A stretch of 64,000 nucleotides of DNA, taken from positions 1,984,001-2,048,000 of the forward strand of contig OZ193910.1 of assembly GCA_964276515.1 (NCBI GenBank), in the 5' to 3' direction. The notes beneath the pieces were generated by a model. The model did not search any database and was not told where the DNA came from. It was given only the letters and a program-made list of their open reading frames with translations. Source of the stretch: Gordius albopunctatus. Its lineage: Eukaryota. The translations under genes and the position numbers were made by a program. Below, piece after piece: positions 1 to 14,200 of this stretch; within the stretch, counting starts at the first letter, position 1, and every line of letters starts with the position of its first letter.

Positions 1-811
1 TTATTCTCAGATTTAAGTGGTATACAGCTATACAGCAAAGGTAAAAGGTTGTTATGCAATATAAATTAAACCCTTTAAGGTGAGATTAGGGAGTCCATAA
101 ATGAGCACAGTAAAATTTTATATTGCATAAATAAAAGATATTACGAAACATAAAATTGTATATTGCTCAAATTTTGATAATCTTTTTTCAAAAAGATTAA
201 ACCATCTATCCAGGGAACATCATGGTTTATTGGTAAGAATATATAATTGGGTATTGCATGAATAGCGGATTTCTTTCATCAATAGGGGTTTAGAGATTAA
301 CACATATATATTAAACGGGTTTTGAAATTAAACCAATCAGAGGCAGAATTGTGCATGGGCGTAACCAAGGGGGGGGGGCCTCTAAATCGAAAAATTTATT
401 AAAATTATGGGGCTAAAATTTCATAAAAAGTTCGCTTTGCCCTCTAATAATTCCAATGCTCAGCCAAATAGCCTAAAATCCCGGTGCAGCCACTCATATT
501 TAACAAAGGTCACCTTTGAATCTAACTACTTCAATATTTCAATTAATGCTTTAAAATTAAGTTAAATTTGCTTTCATGGGCCTAGCCAGCAGTGGATTCA
601 GAGGGGGGGGGCAGCCGCCCCTCCTTGCTTCACCCCTTGGCTATTAGTTTTGGCTGGCATATTAATTGATTTGTTAAAATGCTTATGGGTTATTAAATTA
701 ACGATTTACATTGTCTTGTCTACTACCTCTATGCGGATTCTTAAATTTTCAAATGTGGAGATTTATAAAAAAAACGACAATATTTATTTGTTGAAATTCC
801 TATTATACGTA

Positions 812-3085
812 CCCTGACAATCTTTTTCATCGCTCCCATCTTGGCAATGGGGTATTCCATCGCAAACATCATATATGGCGATGCATCTGGGCTGCCCAGA
901 TTCACATTGAAATTCGTAAGCCGGATTACAAGGGCCACTACTACTACTACCTAGAAGAGATGTGTTAAAAGATGATATAAATTGAAATGGGAAACAAAAA
1001 ATATTAATAAAAATCAACAATTTTATATTAAAATATGTTATATATTTTGTTAGTTTACTAGTTGAATAAATTGCATAATTTTAATAATGTAAAGATTATG
1101 AAAATAGGCATTGAGTTAGGGAAATAATGAAAAAAAAGAACATGATTTAAATGATAAGTAAATAAAAAATAGCCAGCGGTCAAACTTTAAACAAGGATCA
1201 GAAAATATATACATTTTTGGTTTAAAAATTTCCTTCAATTTTTAACTTTTATGCATTTAAAAATTTGGAATTTTTCGGATTATATGATTTGAGAAAGTAT
1301 TTCACTTCATAATACACCCAAAATTATATCAAAGAAATATAAAGATAAGCGATAAAGAAACAGATTTCAATCTACAAATCAAATATTTTTAGACTAATAG
1401 ATGGATAACATAATCTTACAAATATAAATTTTAAAAAAATCCTTACTTTTTAAAGGTGATTCCAAATTTGCAAAATTAGATTGTAGATTATAACCATTTA
1501 ATTTAGAGTTTTTACTTAGTCTTTGATTGAACCCATTTCTAATATCATATAAATTGTTATCAATTTGTTGGTTGTATGGAGGCCAGTACAATTGTTGATT
1601 AACATGTGGGATTACTTCCTTTAAATAGTTATCCCTGGGATACATTCTTTCTGTATAATTTAATATAAAACTTTGAATAACTTATTTATACATTAAATTG
1701 ATTATTAAAATTGAAATAGTAATTTTTACCATAAATTAAATTTTAAAATATAAATAATGATTTTTCATTTAAAAATTGTAAATGACTAAAAAAATGTTAT
1801 TTTACCTATTTGGTTATCATCACTTCTTGGCATAGAGGATTGCAAAATTTCTTGTGGTTGATAGAATTTTGGATTATTTTGATTTGGCATTACAAATTGG
1901 CCATATGGATACAACTTATTTGGGTTAGATAAATCATTTAAATTATCAGATTTTCTCCTATGATTATAAAGAATATCAGTATTACCCAGAGAAACATGTC
2001 TCAAATCATTATATTTTGTTGTATTTTTAGTTAAATAGTTTTGAGGGATTTGAATTTGCTGTAATGGAGATACAAATGATTGTTTGGGTTGATAAAAATT
2101 ATAAGGTAAAATAAAAGAATCTTCTGGCATATTAGGTTGAGAATCTAATAATCTCTGATAATCATAGTCAATAGATGGTAGATTTAGTAAGTTATTTTCA
2201 GTTGGAAATTTTAAAGGTTTGGTAGGATTTTGTTGAGCAAAAGTTGAAGCAATGGATGAGGTTGTTATCGTTGGAGTGGGAGTTGCTGAAGTTGTTTGAG
2301 ATGATTGAGTCTGACTGGTAGAAATAACTCCTACAAAAACATAAGTTGCTGTTTTTAAACTTTTTAATAAACTTAATTTGTAATAATGTAATTCTAATAA
2401 AATTAAACATATTCATAAACATAACATTGGATTCTTAATAAAGATAAAGCATTTAATATCATAAAAATATTAAAAAGGCTAATATACCTATTGTTTGGTG
2501 TTTTTTAACAGGAAGTATACCATCTTGATAAAATGATTTATCAGAATTTGAGTCATAATTTGACTTTAGAAAATCAATTGATGGAGTGTCTTTGGTTGAA
2601 ATTAATACCAAAAAGTTATTATGAGGTGCAAATTGACAAAGAGATCCTTCAGGTCCACAATCAAATGCAAAACAATTTTTTTGATGATTTTTATAATTTT
2701 GCTAATTTTTATTACAAAAATATACAAATATAGAAGTAAAAAATTAATTTATCTAAATATAAAGGTAATTTTAAAAAATATTAACAAAAATAAACAAGAT
2801 AGATATTAAATAATGTTGTAAAATAACCAGAAAATATATTACGTTTGGTTCATAGACAACCACAGAACACATTGCAAGGTTACAACAGATTTTTGAGCAG
2901 CTTCTGGCATCTTTAGTATGATAAACATTTATAAAGCTTGCGCCCCCACGCAATGAATTTTTTGTGTCAATAATGTAATGATTTTTTAAAATGTAGTGAG
3001 CAGCGCATTTTTCTAATACATTACCAGCAAAAGCCTTATACTTAAAGCATATATAAATAAGTAATGTTAAAATTTTCCAATTCAT
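812..3085 (-). CDS. LRP11-like secreted/membrane protein: signal peptide, MANSC domain, Q/N/P-rich linker, LDL-receptor class A repeat; spliced, 3' end not resolved
   Basis: ATG 3085 (MNWKILTLL..., signal-like). Exon 2843-3085 IIDTKNSLRGGASF..CSKICC..C joins exon ~2488-2701 NCFAFDCGPEGSLCQFAPHNNF (MANSC pattern). Low-complexity exons ~1805-2332 and ~1443-1652. Exon ~812-950 CNPAYEFQCESGQPRCIAIYDVCDGIPHCQDGSDEKDC is an LDLa repeat. GT-AG borders seen. Confidence 0.8.
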
Positions 3086-4191
3086 TTTTACATATGGCAA
3101 AAGGTTTTTTGGGCAATTGATGACACAAACAAATAAAAGTGTTTCTTTAAATATTTGGATAATAAATTCTAACCCTAATGCACGTTTAATTAGATACAAT
3201 TTTAAAATTTTTTAATTAAAATGGATCCCACAAATGGCTATTATTGTAAAAATAAATTCCGGAATATCTTTTTCAATTAGCTCATTTATCAACCTACCCC
3301 AAAAATGAGTTAGATGGCGCCACTAGAGCCAAAATCTTATAATTTTAATAAAATCATAGTTATGATTTTATAAGACTGCTAACTTACCTCTCTGTATATT
3401 ATTATCGAGCATTTTTATACCCTTAATTTAACTTCTTGTTAATCCCATCAGTGGCATAGGTTGGATTGCCTAAAGGTTCAGGGATTATATGTTTTTTATA
3501 ATTATTAAATGAAAATTCATTGAGATAATATATATTAGTGACTTAGGCAGGATTGCCCGAGGTGGGGGTTAAATCTTGTGTCTAATCGATTAACCAAAAT
3601 TAAGATTATATACATAAAGTCTGTCAAATCTGGGCCCACTGGACCCTACTTCTTTTAGAGCCAGCGCACTTTGAGAAGGTCAGGGCTTGTTAAGTAAACC
3701 TTTGCATGACTATATTTTATATTTAACCCTTAACCATTCTTGGTTGTAGAATAATTATGTTTTGATATAAAGATGTTAAGTTTAAACAATTCAATAAGAT
3801 GAAATTTATGGTATATTTAGTGCTTAGCTACAAGTTTTAAATTTATAGGTGTTGATTCTTGTTACCCTGAATCTAGCCATGTGATGATAAATATAAAGCC
3901 CTAGTAAAAATTTGAAACATAAGACACAAATTCTCATATAAGTTCATAATTTATTGTTTTATTTGCAATAATAATAATAATAAAAACATTAAATTAGGCA
4001 TGAGTTTCGTTCAAAATCTCTTGATATGTGACAACACTTTTGTAACATCATCCAGTAGAAAATTACAACTTAATTTATCTAGCAAATATTTCAATCAAGA
4101 AATACAAGCAAAATAAATAAAAACATAAACATATTTGGGTACACATTGATGATTAACATATTTAGTGGGTATAAAGCAGAGCTGTTAAGAG

Positions 4192-5688
4192 TCATTTTGA
4201 TAAATCATATGTATATCTATATGTAAGATTGATCCTAGGGCCACGATTGTGGTAATCTTTTGGAACTTTGTGCTAAAAAGTTTAAAAAATATATAATTTC
4301 CCATCAGGCTAAACCAAATTTTTAAAAACTCATCCAACCCTACTTAATAATGATATAAACCTGAATAGCAAGCATAGGTGAAAGCAGGATTGGAATTAGA
4401 GTAGAGAGCAATGCCTTTAGGCAGGAGTAAAAGGATAATGTTTTAAGATTTAATTATATTCAATTTCTAAGAATTTCTGGACATAGAGGGTGGAGCCCAA
4501 TGCACATACCAATAAGTAAAACAATGATATATTTAAAAACATCCAAGGTACCTGCCAATCATCTTGGGTAGCCCCTTTCATGATAATTAAACTCCCATGA
4601 TCCAATGGAATTTTAATTTCTTGGGTGTTTGTAAAATCAGTGCCCTAGTTTAAAAATATATAAGTAATATAAAACAGAAACTAAGATATACCCAGATCAA
4701 TTTTAAATTGAAAATTAGTTTAAAAAATGGTTACATTTTCTGGAACTTTTCGAAGGCAAAATGTACGAATTTCACCAAAAGAAAGTGAAGCAATGTAAGG
4801 ATTTGTACCAAGTTCTGGCTCATCATCAGCATGCCAGTCAACTCCATCATACTCATTTCTGTATAAATTGGCTAAAACGGAATTAAATTTTATAGGTGGC
4901 GTTTGATCAGAACAAAGAGAGGAGTTTTCTAATTTATTCTTTATTTCAACCAACAAGGGGTGCCACTATAATATTGAGTCATAAATTTAAAATTTTATAA
5001 TAATTCAACATTCAAATATATGCTGAGAAAAATGGTTAATTTTTTAATATTTTTTAAAGTGTTTAATATAGTTGACCATATTCCAATATTTCATTGTTAC
5101 ATAATGAGACAACTTTATGAGAAATATATTTTAAGATTGTTAAAGAATATATAATATTAAATTTACAATATGGTGTGGTTTGTGTGTAACCCCAGAATAT
5201 GAATAAGACATGTCACCAAACCAAGCTACTAAACGAGGCTGCACCACTTTTTTGCCATCAGACAAGTAATCATACTTCTGTTCCCATTTTATCTCTTTGT
5301 ATAATGTTTGAAATATTTGGCAGGCATCATCATAATTATAAAAATCTTTATAAAATTCCAAACTAAAAATTGTAAGGGCCTCTTTATTAAAACATTCATG
5401 GATATATATTTAAATTTTCTTACATTGATACTCCATATGATGAATTGCTTATATTATGAATGCCAGATTTACTAAATTTTCATAATTAAGAACTTAAACT
5501 AAATGCTTTACTTAATTATAATATCTTCAGGTTTAGTAAATATAGCCTAATCAAAAAATTAAATTTAGTTTAAAGAGCTAGTACTACTTCTTGTGGACAT
5601 TCAAATTTTAAATTTGAAGTTGGCTTACTAAAACTGAACTTCTTTTCAGGGTTTTTATTCCACCCACCTTGAACCCTTGAATTTTTCA
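4192..5688 (-). CDS. ALKBH3: AlkB homolog 3, 2OG-Fe(II) dioxygenase (7 exons)
   Basis: N-term MKNSRVQGGW; QPRLVAWFGDMSYSYSG; NSVLANLYRNEYDGVDWHADDEPELG (HxD); last exon HKVPKDYHNRGPRINLTYR, TGA at 4192-4194. Exons ~5588-5688, 5512-5547, 5424-5472, 5168-5362, 4734-4966, 4552-4645, 4192-4272. Confidence 0.93.
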
Positions 5689-5770
5689 TTTATATTTTCA
5701 AGAAGCTTGCTGGAGAGTACATATTTTTTATAATCCATATTAAACCTGATATGATGGCATCTAATACATA

Positions 5771-6603
5771 CAGGCGCGTAGCCAAGGGGGCAGAAAGCGG
5801 GAATTTTCTACCCCCTTGACAAAAATTTGGATTTTTTTTTATTAATAATTAGATATAAGGGTTTAAAATATTAAAGTTTAGTTGCATAAAGGATTTTGAG
5901 ACACTTATAAAAGCCTGGAAACAATATATACATTCAATTTTTTGAATTTAATTTTCGAATAAAAGCTAGAGGCCGATCATTATGATATTTACTTTATTTA
6001 ATACTAATAAAAAAGGGAAACGAAAAAGAGTTCGTAAATTAGTAAGAAGTGTTTTAAACTCCTTTATATAATCGCGGATTAATTGAACAAATTAATTAAA
6101 TGTAGTGGTGAATCTGTGAGGTATATTTGATTGATCAATTAGCGTCGCGAAACTAAGGTCATGTAAATGAGTCAATTAAGTTCCAAATCAATTAAGGCAA
6201 TGTATGCAACACTACACACCGTTCATTTAGCTGGACTAAAAAATGTCAAGTAAACAGATTGAGTTACTGTATAATTTTGCTTATTAACAACTTGAGAATT
6301 TTTTTAGATCAAACTCATATAATTTTTATTTAATTTTCGCCATTATTTAATTTTAACTAAATGATAATGTTTCCTGCCAATTGAATAACATGCATAAGGT
6401 CCATATCCTTTTTTAAGGTATAAAAGTGATAGAAAATGCTCTAATTAATGAAGAGGAGAAATTTTTCCACAGCTGGTTATATAGCGCCTTGAGTTTTATC
6501 ATATATTGTACGCGAAGTTTATTTTTGTTACATTATAAATAAAAATGTCAAAAAATTTGTTGAATTTTTCTTCCCCCTTGAGAAAATCCTGGCTAAGCGC
6601 CGG
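5771..6603. mobile_element. Non-autonomous hAT-type element (833 bp) just upstream of the ALKBH3 ATG
   Basis: TIRs CAGGCGCGTAGCCAAGG / CCTGGCTAAGCGCCGG; perfect 8-bp TSD AATACATA at 5763-5770 and 6604-6611. Confidence 0.85.
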
Positions 6604-7889
6604 AATACATAGTTTTGTGACGGGCGCGCTAGAAGGCGCGCCCTATGGTCTGCTGAGGGAGTTTTGTAGTTTTAAGAAAAATAGCCACACCTACACTGTT
6701 AGTCTCCTTTTCTGGTGAACACATTCAGTGTAGGTGTGTTGAATACCGACCACTAGTCTATTATTTTTTCATAGAGACCCGATGGACCATTAGATATATG
6801 CTTAGGGGGTGTTAGCTAGTTGTTATTGTCATCATCATCAACATGATGTGTGCTGTTGTGCGCGCAGTACAGTTAAATTTCTTAATCTAAGCTACCCTAT
6901 CTATAGGGGGTAAACTAATATTAAATTAACTAAAATACGAAGTTATCAAACCGTTATGGGTTCTAGCATAAATTTTTAGACAAATATGATAAATGATAAA
7001 AATATTAATATTATATATAATGAAGAACATTATAATAATCGCTTATTATTACCTTCCTGGTGCGGTCTGGTGTTTTAAGGGAAATAAATGTTTAAACAAG
7101 TTTTTTCCATGGCAATTTTCACAATCATATTCGAAAATTTTACAATGCATTTTGTCAAAAATTCAATCACAAAAATTTAAATTTTGACGTTTAGTATTTT
7201 ATTATTTTTACGATATTGTCATTTTAAAATTTTAGAAAAAAAATACTTTTGTCCAAAAAAATAGTTACAAAAAAAAATTTAACCATGAAAATTTTATAAC
7301 CCTCTCCTTCAAAAAATCCTAGTTACGCCTATATTATAATATATTATGTTTCTAGGTTTTGTGTCTTAAAGTCTTTGATGTAACTAAACTATAATATTTT
7401 AACGCATTAAATTTCGTCATTATTCAAAAAACTTTTCAGGAATTTCCCCCCCCCTCATTTACGGCACTAATTTATCCAGAGTTTTGATATTTTATCTTAA
7501 AAAATTTAAATAGTACAAAGTACTCCCTCCCCCTCATGCCCTTTTTGTTTCATCAATGTGATGGTTAATGTAACTAATGTGAGTCCAAATGTAGTGGTTC
7601 TATTTTCTACAATTTAGGACTATGGGGGAGGGAATTAGTAAAAAATGGACCTTACACTAGAGAAGCGCGTCTTAAGATGGACCTTTATACGGCTGTGGCT
7701 TCTTAGTCTCTTCCTTCTTATTAAAGCGCTGGTCTAAACAATACAGCTAATAGATTTTTTATAGGAAGGTTTCAAAAAAAAGACAACTCGTATAACTTCG
7801 AAAAATTACCGGGGTTAAGGTGACCTTCAAAATGGGCTAAGGTGTCCTCTATAATTTAAAGTTTAAATAGTATAAATAACTTCTGTGAT

Positions 7890-8180
7890 GTGCTTAAATA
7901 TTAAAAGTTTGTCTTTTGTAGTATATCAAGTATCATATAATAATTTATCTTTCATAACATATATAGTTTCATACAATAATGTATAATTGCTATAATATTA
8001 TAAGTTTGTTTTTTAAAGCTATAAAGTTTCATATAATAAATTATAATATTGCTATTTATAATATTGCTAGATATTAAAAGTTTGTCTTTTATAGCTTATA
8101 ATATAAAGTTTCATATGATAATTTATAATATTGTTAAATATTAAGTTTGTCTTTTATAGCTTATAAAGCTTCATAAACAG
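7890..8180. repeat. Degenerate AT-rich minisatellite, ~55-70 bp unit, ~5 copies
   Basis: Recurring ATATTAAAAGTTTGTCTTTT(G/A)TAG...AAGTTTCATA blocks. Confidence 0.7.
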
Positions 8181-9719
8181 AATATAAAGTAAATGTGTTT
8201 TTACAGAGATTATTAAGTTGAAATCATTGATTTTAATGTTTTATTAATATAAAAGTGTCACATAAACTTGACAATCATGAAATGGAATTAAAGTTTAAAT
8301 TTATTGCATACTGGAGTCCTTAATAAAATCAGGTCTTTTAATAAAAGATGAAAACCAATCAGCACCTGCTTATTCATATTCTACCCATGAATTAGGCATT
8401 GATAAATTAAACTGTAAATGATATAGACTAAGTGCATGGCATAAATTGCAGAAACATAAGTTTATACAGGCTTTATAAAGTTTCAAATGATAATTTTATT
8501 ATCAGATATTTGTGTTTATGTTAAAATTAATGACTTAAGGGAATTTGCTTAAATTGTAAAAATACTAAAAAGTTTATAACCTATTAATATAAAGCTTTAT
8601 AAAATGATTTAAAAAAAGTGCCTTTCCTAAGATTTTTGTTTTAGAATCAATGATTTAAATGCTTTCTTGATACCAAAATGTCATATTAAGTGGATAATTA
8701 TCAAAAATGGAATTAAGATATACATCTATTGCACCATATTAAATAATGAATGAGTGAAAGGAAAACGATAGCCCCGGCCGCGATAGCCCCAGCACGATCA
8801 TTGCACTTTAAGTTGTTTTTATAGCTGATTAAACTCGTCAAATTTATAAATTTACACATAAATATAGTAAAAGAGTCGATACTTATTACTTTAGTATATG
8901 TTTAAAGTTGGCGGAACAATTAATTTGTGAATAATTGACAAAATTGGAAAATTTAAAAAAGGACGTTTTAGCCCCGAAAAATCTTATTTTCTGCATAATT
9001 TTTTTGTAACAAAAGTTAACCCAAATATTTTTTGTGCCTAATATGTGCCTTAATAAAGTACATTTAAGATTAAAATTTGAGGTCAAAATAAGCATAAATG
9101 ACAAAATTAATTGATAGGACGTGTATAGCCCCGGTAAAGGAATAGCCCCGGTCTCCCCTACTGCCTGTAGTTAATGTAGTGTGATAAATGTAGACATGTG
9201 CTGCGGAAAATAGAAACTTTTTACGATTTGAAACATTAAATCAAAGCATGGGCGTACGCACGTTTTGAATTAGGAGGGTGGGCAGATTTAAAAAAAAAAT
9301 TTTTCTCGACTATCCAAAAATTTTCATGTGAGCAAAAAAAGGTCTTCGACTACTAAATTCCTAAATTTTTCCTGCGACCTGCAGGGGGTAGCCGCCCTCC
9401 CTGCCTGCCCCTGACTAATTGGGGGGGGGGGGGGCAAAACATAATTTTTAAAGGTTTTTGTATTGAAAAATTATTTTTCCTTCTGGGTACGCCCAAATCA
9501 TAGTCATTTTTTTGCTTATTTTTCACGTCCATTATTATTATTATATGACGATCATGTCTCCTCCTGCGTGGCTAAATAAATTAAAAAATCTAATTTTGTC
9601 ATTTTTTGCGCGTTAAATAAGGAGAAAAATGAAAATACAATTAACAAAATGCCAATAAATGTTGATATATCTCAGTTCTTCGGATATTATTAAGTTCAGA
9701 ATTAAAAGTTTTATTCAGA

Positions 9720-10890
9720 AAGAAAGATATATATAGACGGTGGCATAAATCAAAAATGTCGGAGGATTTTCAAGAGTACAGGTACGCAAAGAGGGGCGCA
9801 AAAAAGGCCGTTGCAAAAGTGAAGAATGCCGCGTACACCGAGATGGCAAACAAACTGGATCATAAAGGGGGTGATAAGGGAGAAGAAAAGTCGCGATGTC
9901 GGAGTTCTTAAAATAGTCAAAAGCGAGAAGGGTCAAACCTTATTCAACCCGAAAGAAGTGATGGAAAGGTGGAAAGGATATTTTAAGAAACTTATGAATA
10001 TTGCAAATGACACGGATTCCCTTCCCGAAATTGAGCCAAATATAAGTATGGTTGAACTCCTTCAGGAGGATGAAATTAGGACACAAATAACAAGATTCAA
10101 AAAGGAAAAGCAAATGGTCCAGATGGAATACCTATGAAAGCATTGCTCGGATGTCGTGAAGAAGGAGTCACCACCATGACGAACCTCCTTAACAAGATAT
10201 TGGTTGAAGAGCGAATCCCTAATCAATGGAGAGCAAGCACGATTATACCATTATTTAAATGCAAAGGAGACCCTCAGGACTGCGGCAATTACAGAGGTAT
10301 CAAGCTAACTTGCCACTCCTTGAAGCTTTTGGAAAGGATCTTAGTAACAAGGCTGAAAAGCGAGGTGGAAAGATCGGCTAATCAATTCAAATTCATGGCC
10401 GGCAAATCCACAATCGACCCAATCTTCGGCCTAAAACAAATGATGGATAAGTATGGTGAAAAGAGGAAAGACCTGCATATGGTTTTTATCGACTTGGAGA
10501 AAGCTTATGACACGGTCCCCCGCGATTTAATATGGTGGTGCCTGAGGAAACAAAATATCCCTGACGGATATACACGGCTTATGAAAAATATTTATGAAGC
10601 TTCAAACTCTTGCGTTAGGACGACAGTTGGAGACTCTAAACCTTTTCGGGTTATCAAGGCTCTGCTTTAAGTCCCTTTTTATTTAATATAATTATAGACT
10701 AGCCATGATAACGAGGGACGTTCAAAAGCCATCGCCATGGTGTATGCTATATGTCGATGATATAGTACTATGCGAGGAAACAAGAGAGAAAGTATTCGAA
10801 GAAGCCTAAAAGTGGTCAAAGCGCTTAGCTGGATATGGTTTAAAGGTCAACGATCGAAAAACGGTATACATGGAAATTAACGTTTCAGGC
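9720..10890 (+). mobile_element. Degenerate internal fragment of an RTE-clade non-LTR retrotransposon (reverse transcriptase)
   Basis: IPNQWRASTIIPLFKCKGDPQDCGNYRGIKL, HMVFIDLEKAYDTVPR, then a frameshifted LYVDDIVL; stops and frameshifts; clearly homologous to the 51779-54824 element. Confidence 0.92.
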
Positions 10891-11233
10891 ACCCCATCGC
10901 TAAATTACTTTTGTTCGTAAAATTGTTATGGTGTGGATTTAATAAATTAAAATCCACTTCTGCCATAGTTTCAGTTATTGATTATCCAATAAATTGATGA
11001 TATTTCTTTCAGTACAACATTCATTCCATTAATTAGTTATTAACTTTAAAATTTGATCGGTTGGATAATTTTTTAATTAGGAAAAAGTAAAACTAGTACA
11101 AACATAGAAAGTTTATAAATATTAGGATATGTACACAGGATATTAGGTAATTAAAAAAACGCGAAAAAAAGATATTATAACTAAAGCAAGCCTATCAAGG
11201 TAAAATTTAAAACTATTTTCTGATTTTTTCAAT

Positions 11234-14200
11234 TCATATATATTTAGTGCGATTGAGTGCTTTTTCCGCATGCTGATCGTCTACCATCTTTTTCCAATCC
11301 GTTTGACCCATAACAAACCCCATGGCTCTCTTCTTTTCTTGATCTTTGCGTTCTTCCACATCTGCCCATCTCACCTATGCAAGATAACGCAAAAAACATA
11401 AAATCATTAAAAAAGGCAAACATTACAAATAAAAATCCCCTTTCAGGCAAAAAATGTATAATTTAATCGGACCTCGGGCTTAGGTCGGGCCTGATGGGCC
11501 AACCCGATCCTAGGGCCGAGGCAAAATCTAGCTAAAAGATTTTTTAAAACTTACTACTAATTCCTTTTTTAAAGTGAATGGATACAATAATTTATTCACC
11601 AATTTAAAACTTAGAGAACAAATTTTCAGACTTTTGTAAATATAGAAAAGCCCACTTCTGCAAAAACAACAAAAAACTCAAAACTTCAATAGTGAAAAGT
11701 AGTGTTGTTAAAACGCCTGAATTTTGTTTGGACCACCTTTGGTTTAACCAAGACTAACGGTCCACTCTGGTCTTTTTTTTTAATTTCGACTAAGCCTAAG
11801 GGTCCACTAAGACCAAAAGTCGACCAAACAAAAAACTGTTATAATACCCTTTTTTTGCCATCCCCGGGTTCCACAGCTCGCGTGTCATAATCATCGGGTA
11901 ATTGAAGGTAATCTTCCATCGTCAACTTGTTGTGAAGATTCGCTTTTCGTTTTACGCTCATCCCATCCAATTTGCCTAGCAAAAAAGGCGTTCATTAGCT
12001 CAATAAAAACTAGTAAAATCCTCTGTAAAAAAGAGTATGCAAAGCAATAAATTTGGGTAGTAACGAAAATGTAAGAGACTATGACATATAATATCTTGAG
12101 TGTAAAGTGTACACTAATGGACGTAGCCAAGGAGGGGGGGCAGGGAGGAGCGACTGCCCCCTCTAAATCCAAAAATTTGTTGAAATTTATTAAAAATAAT
12201 GGTTAAAATTGTTAAAAATGTTAAGTTCCAAGCACCTATTAAGCATTTCACTTCATGGTTCAGTACAAAATTTAAGGGTAAATATTCAAGAAACTAAAAC
12301 ATTTAAAATAATGCAAAATTAGACATAAAAAGGTTATAATATCAAAAGTTTGTTTTTAAATAATTTACTTAAATATTTACTGGAACAAAAAAATAAAGAT
12401 CATAAAAATTAAATTAAGCCCAAAGTGCCTATGCTCTTACTTAGATTTTCTTCGCTCTGTTCTAACTCCCACCTGCTGATCCCTTCTCCAGAAATCTAAT
12501 TCCATCAACGAGGCAATGGTCAAGTGGTCATTTCTAGCTAAGGTGACAAGTTTGGCCTAGGTATCTATACGCTTAAAAACCTTTTTATCACTCCCCCTCC
12601 AAAAAAAAACATAGGACTCGCCCACCCTCACGTGCAAAAAATGTTGTGAAAACTCTGAATGTTATACTAGAGCAGGGTATAATGAATGGGCGTAGCTAAG
12701 GGGGGGGGGGGCAGGAAGGGGCGACTGCCCCCTCTAAATCCAAAAATGTGTTAAATTTCAAAAAATAATCCTTTTGCCCTCCCCTCTAATTGCAATGAAA
12801 ATTCCAACCTATAAATATGTTCAAATAAATTATAACGCCAAAAAATGATTTAATGTATGTATGGTGTAGTGGAGAATTTTTACGATTTCATCGTTATCTT
12901 CAATATCTTTGTGCATCTTTTCATCAAACTTTTCTTCGCTTTTACCAACATTTTGCGAAGGTGACTTTTTCTCCTTTTCGACAAATAGGGACTCCACGTT
13001 CAGTCTGGTAAAATGAGGGGGACACGGTTGCCAACATTTGGAAAGCTAAAATATTAAACGTCAAGAGGGAGATTTAATATTTGCGATCAACCCTTTTTTC
13101 CTAAAAGTTTGCGATTCATATTAGACAATTTTCAAATTTTTATGGCAAAAATACTTATATAATTTTATCCTAATCCGATAAAAGGGGGGGGGGCTTGTGT
13201 TTCCTCCACTAAAAACTCTAGTTTTAATATATTACACAATTACGTGATACTTTTTTCCAAAGGCAATAATAATTTTAAATTAGCAAATCATAAAATGGAA
13301 AAGAAAAGTTGACTTGTGGTCCAATTTGACTTAAAGTTTCCTTAAATTGCTTGGTTTTCATTGATACTAATTTTTATCACTAATAGCGCATATATTATAA
13401 TTGGGATTTCTTAAGCATTGTGATTTTAAGGGCAAATAATTCAGATGTCATAGTAACCGTAGCTATTTCTTCCAATGTTCTATCGTGGATATTTCTTTCA
13501 AAAGCTACTTCTGGCGACGCTGACACTTCACCAACGTAAACCTAAACAGTTGAAATATTACACAGTTAGTTTGTAGTAGTGTCGTAAAAAGGGCTACCTT
13601 TTGTTAATCATACAATTTATTCAAATTCACAATTCTAATAATCATTAAGGTCCCTCAAAATTCTAATTTGCACATATAAAAAGTTCAATTAAATTTTGCT
13701 AGATAGCCCGGGTCTTGCTAAATTATTAAAAATCGTAGTTAAATTTATTTTTTTTTAAACATTTTTCTAATATTTTGTAGGTATAAAATTTAAAATTACC
13801 CGATATCCACAATGCAAAGCGTGATAGGCTAGAGGTTCGAATTGGCTGAACAAATTATTGTAAGAATCCATGATGAGCAATTCGTATGTTCCCGTTTCCA
13901 ACTGTTTTTTAACACTCTTACCCAAGCTTTCAACGTAGGCACGCAGCAGTTCGGCTTCAAATTTATATTCCATAACCTGGAAATATAGCCAAACAAAACA
14001 TTTTAATCTATCTTGTGTTATACATCATCATCCAATTTAATTCAATATTAAACCTCTAATTCACACGTCTAAAACCATGGGCGTAACCAGGTTTTGGATT
14101 CGGGGGGGAGGGGGCGAAAGTTGTTTAAGTTCAATTGAGGGGTGGGGGCCCAACATTACGCACCCATGTCTAAAACTATCAATTTTGTGATTCCATCTCG

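Noticed and set aside
3169..3178. CTAACCCTAA, matching the TTAGGG telomerase template
   Set aside because: Single 10-mer in AT-rich sequence at the LRP11-like 5' end, with no pseudoknot or H/ACA structure downstream.
6619..6660. Resemblance to the SRP RNA Alu domain or a Helitron 3' hairpin
   Set aside because: No SRP helix-8 motif follows, and there is no CTRR terminus at the expected distance.
8765..9162. TAGCCCCGG repeats ending TCTCCCCTACTG, a likely DNA-transposon terminus
   Set aside because: No matching opposite end or TSD found.
11700..11850. Further MITE-like families (TAGTGTAGTAAAAACGG ends at 11700, 18471, 21333, 39180; GGGCCC-rich patches at 11465, 20450, 58020)
   Set aside because: Clearly repetitive but only partial copies without TSDs; not delimited as features.
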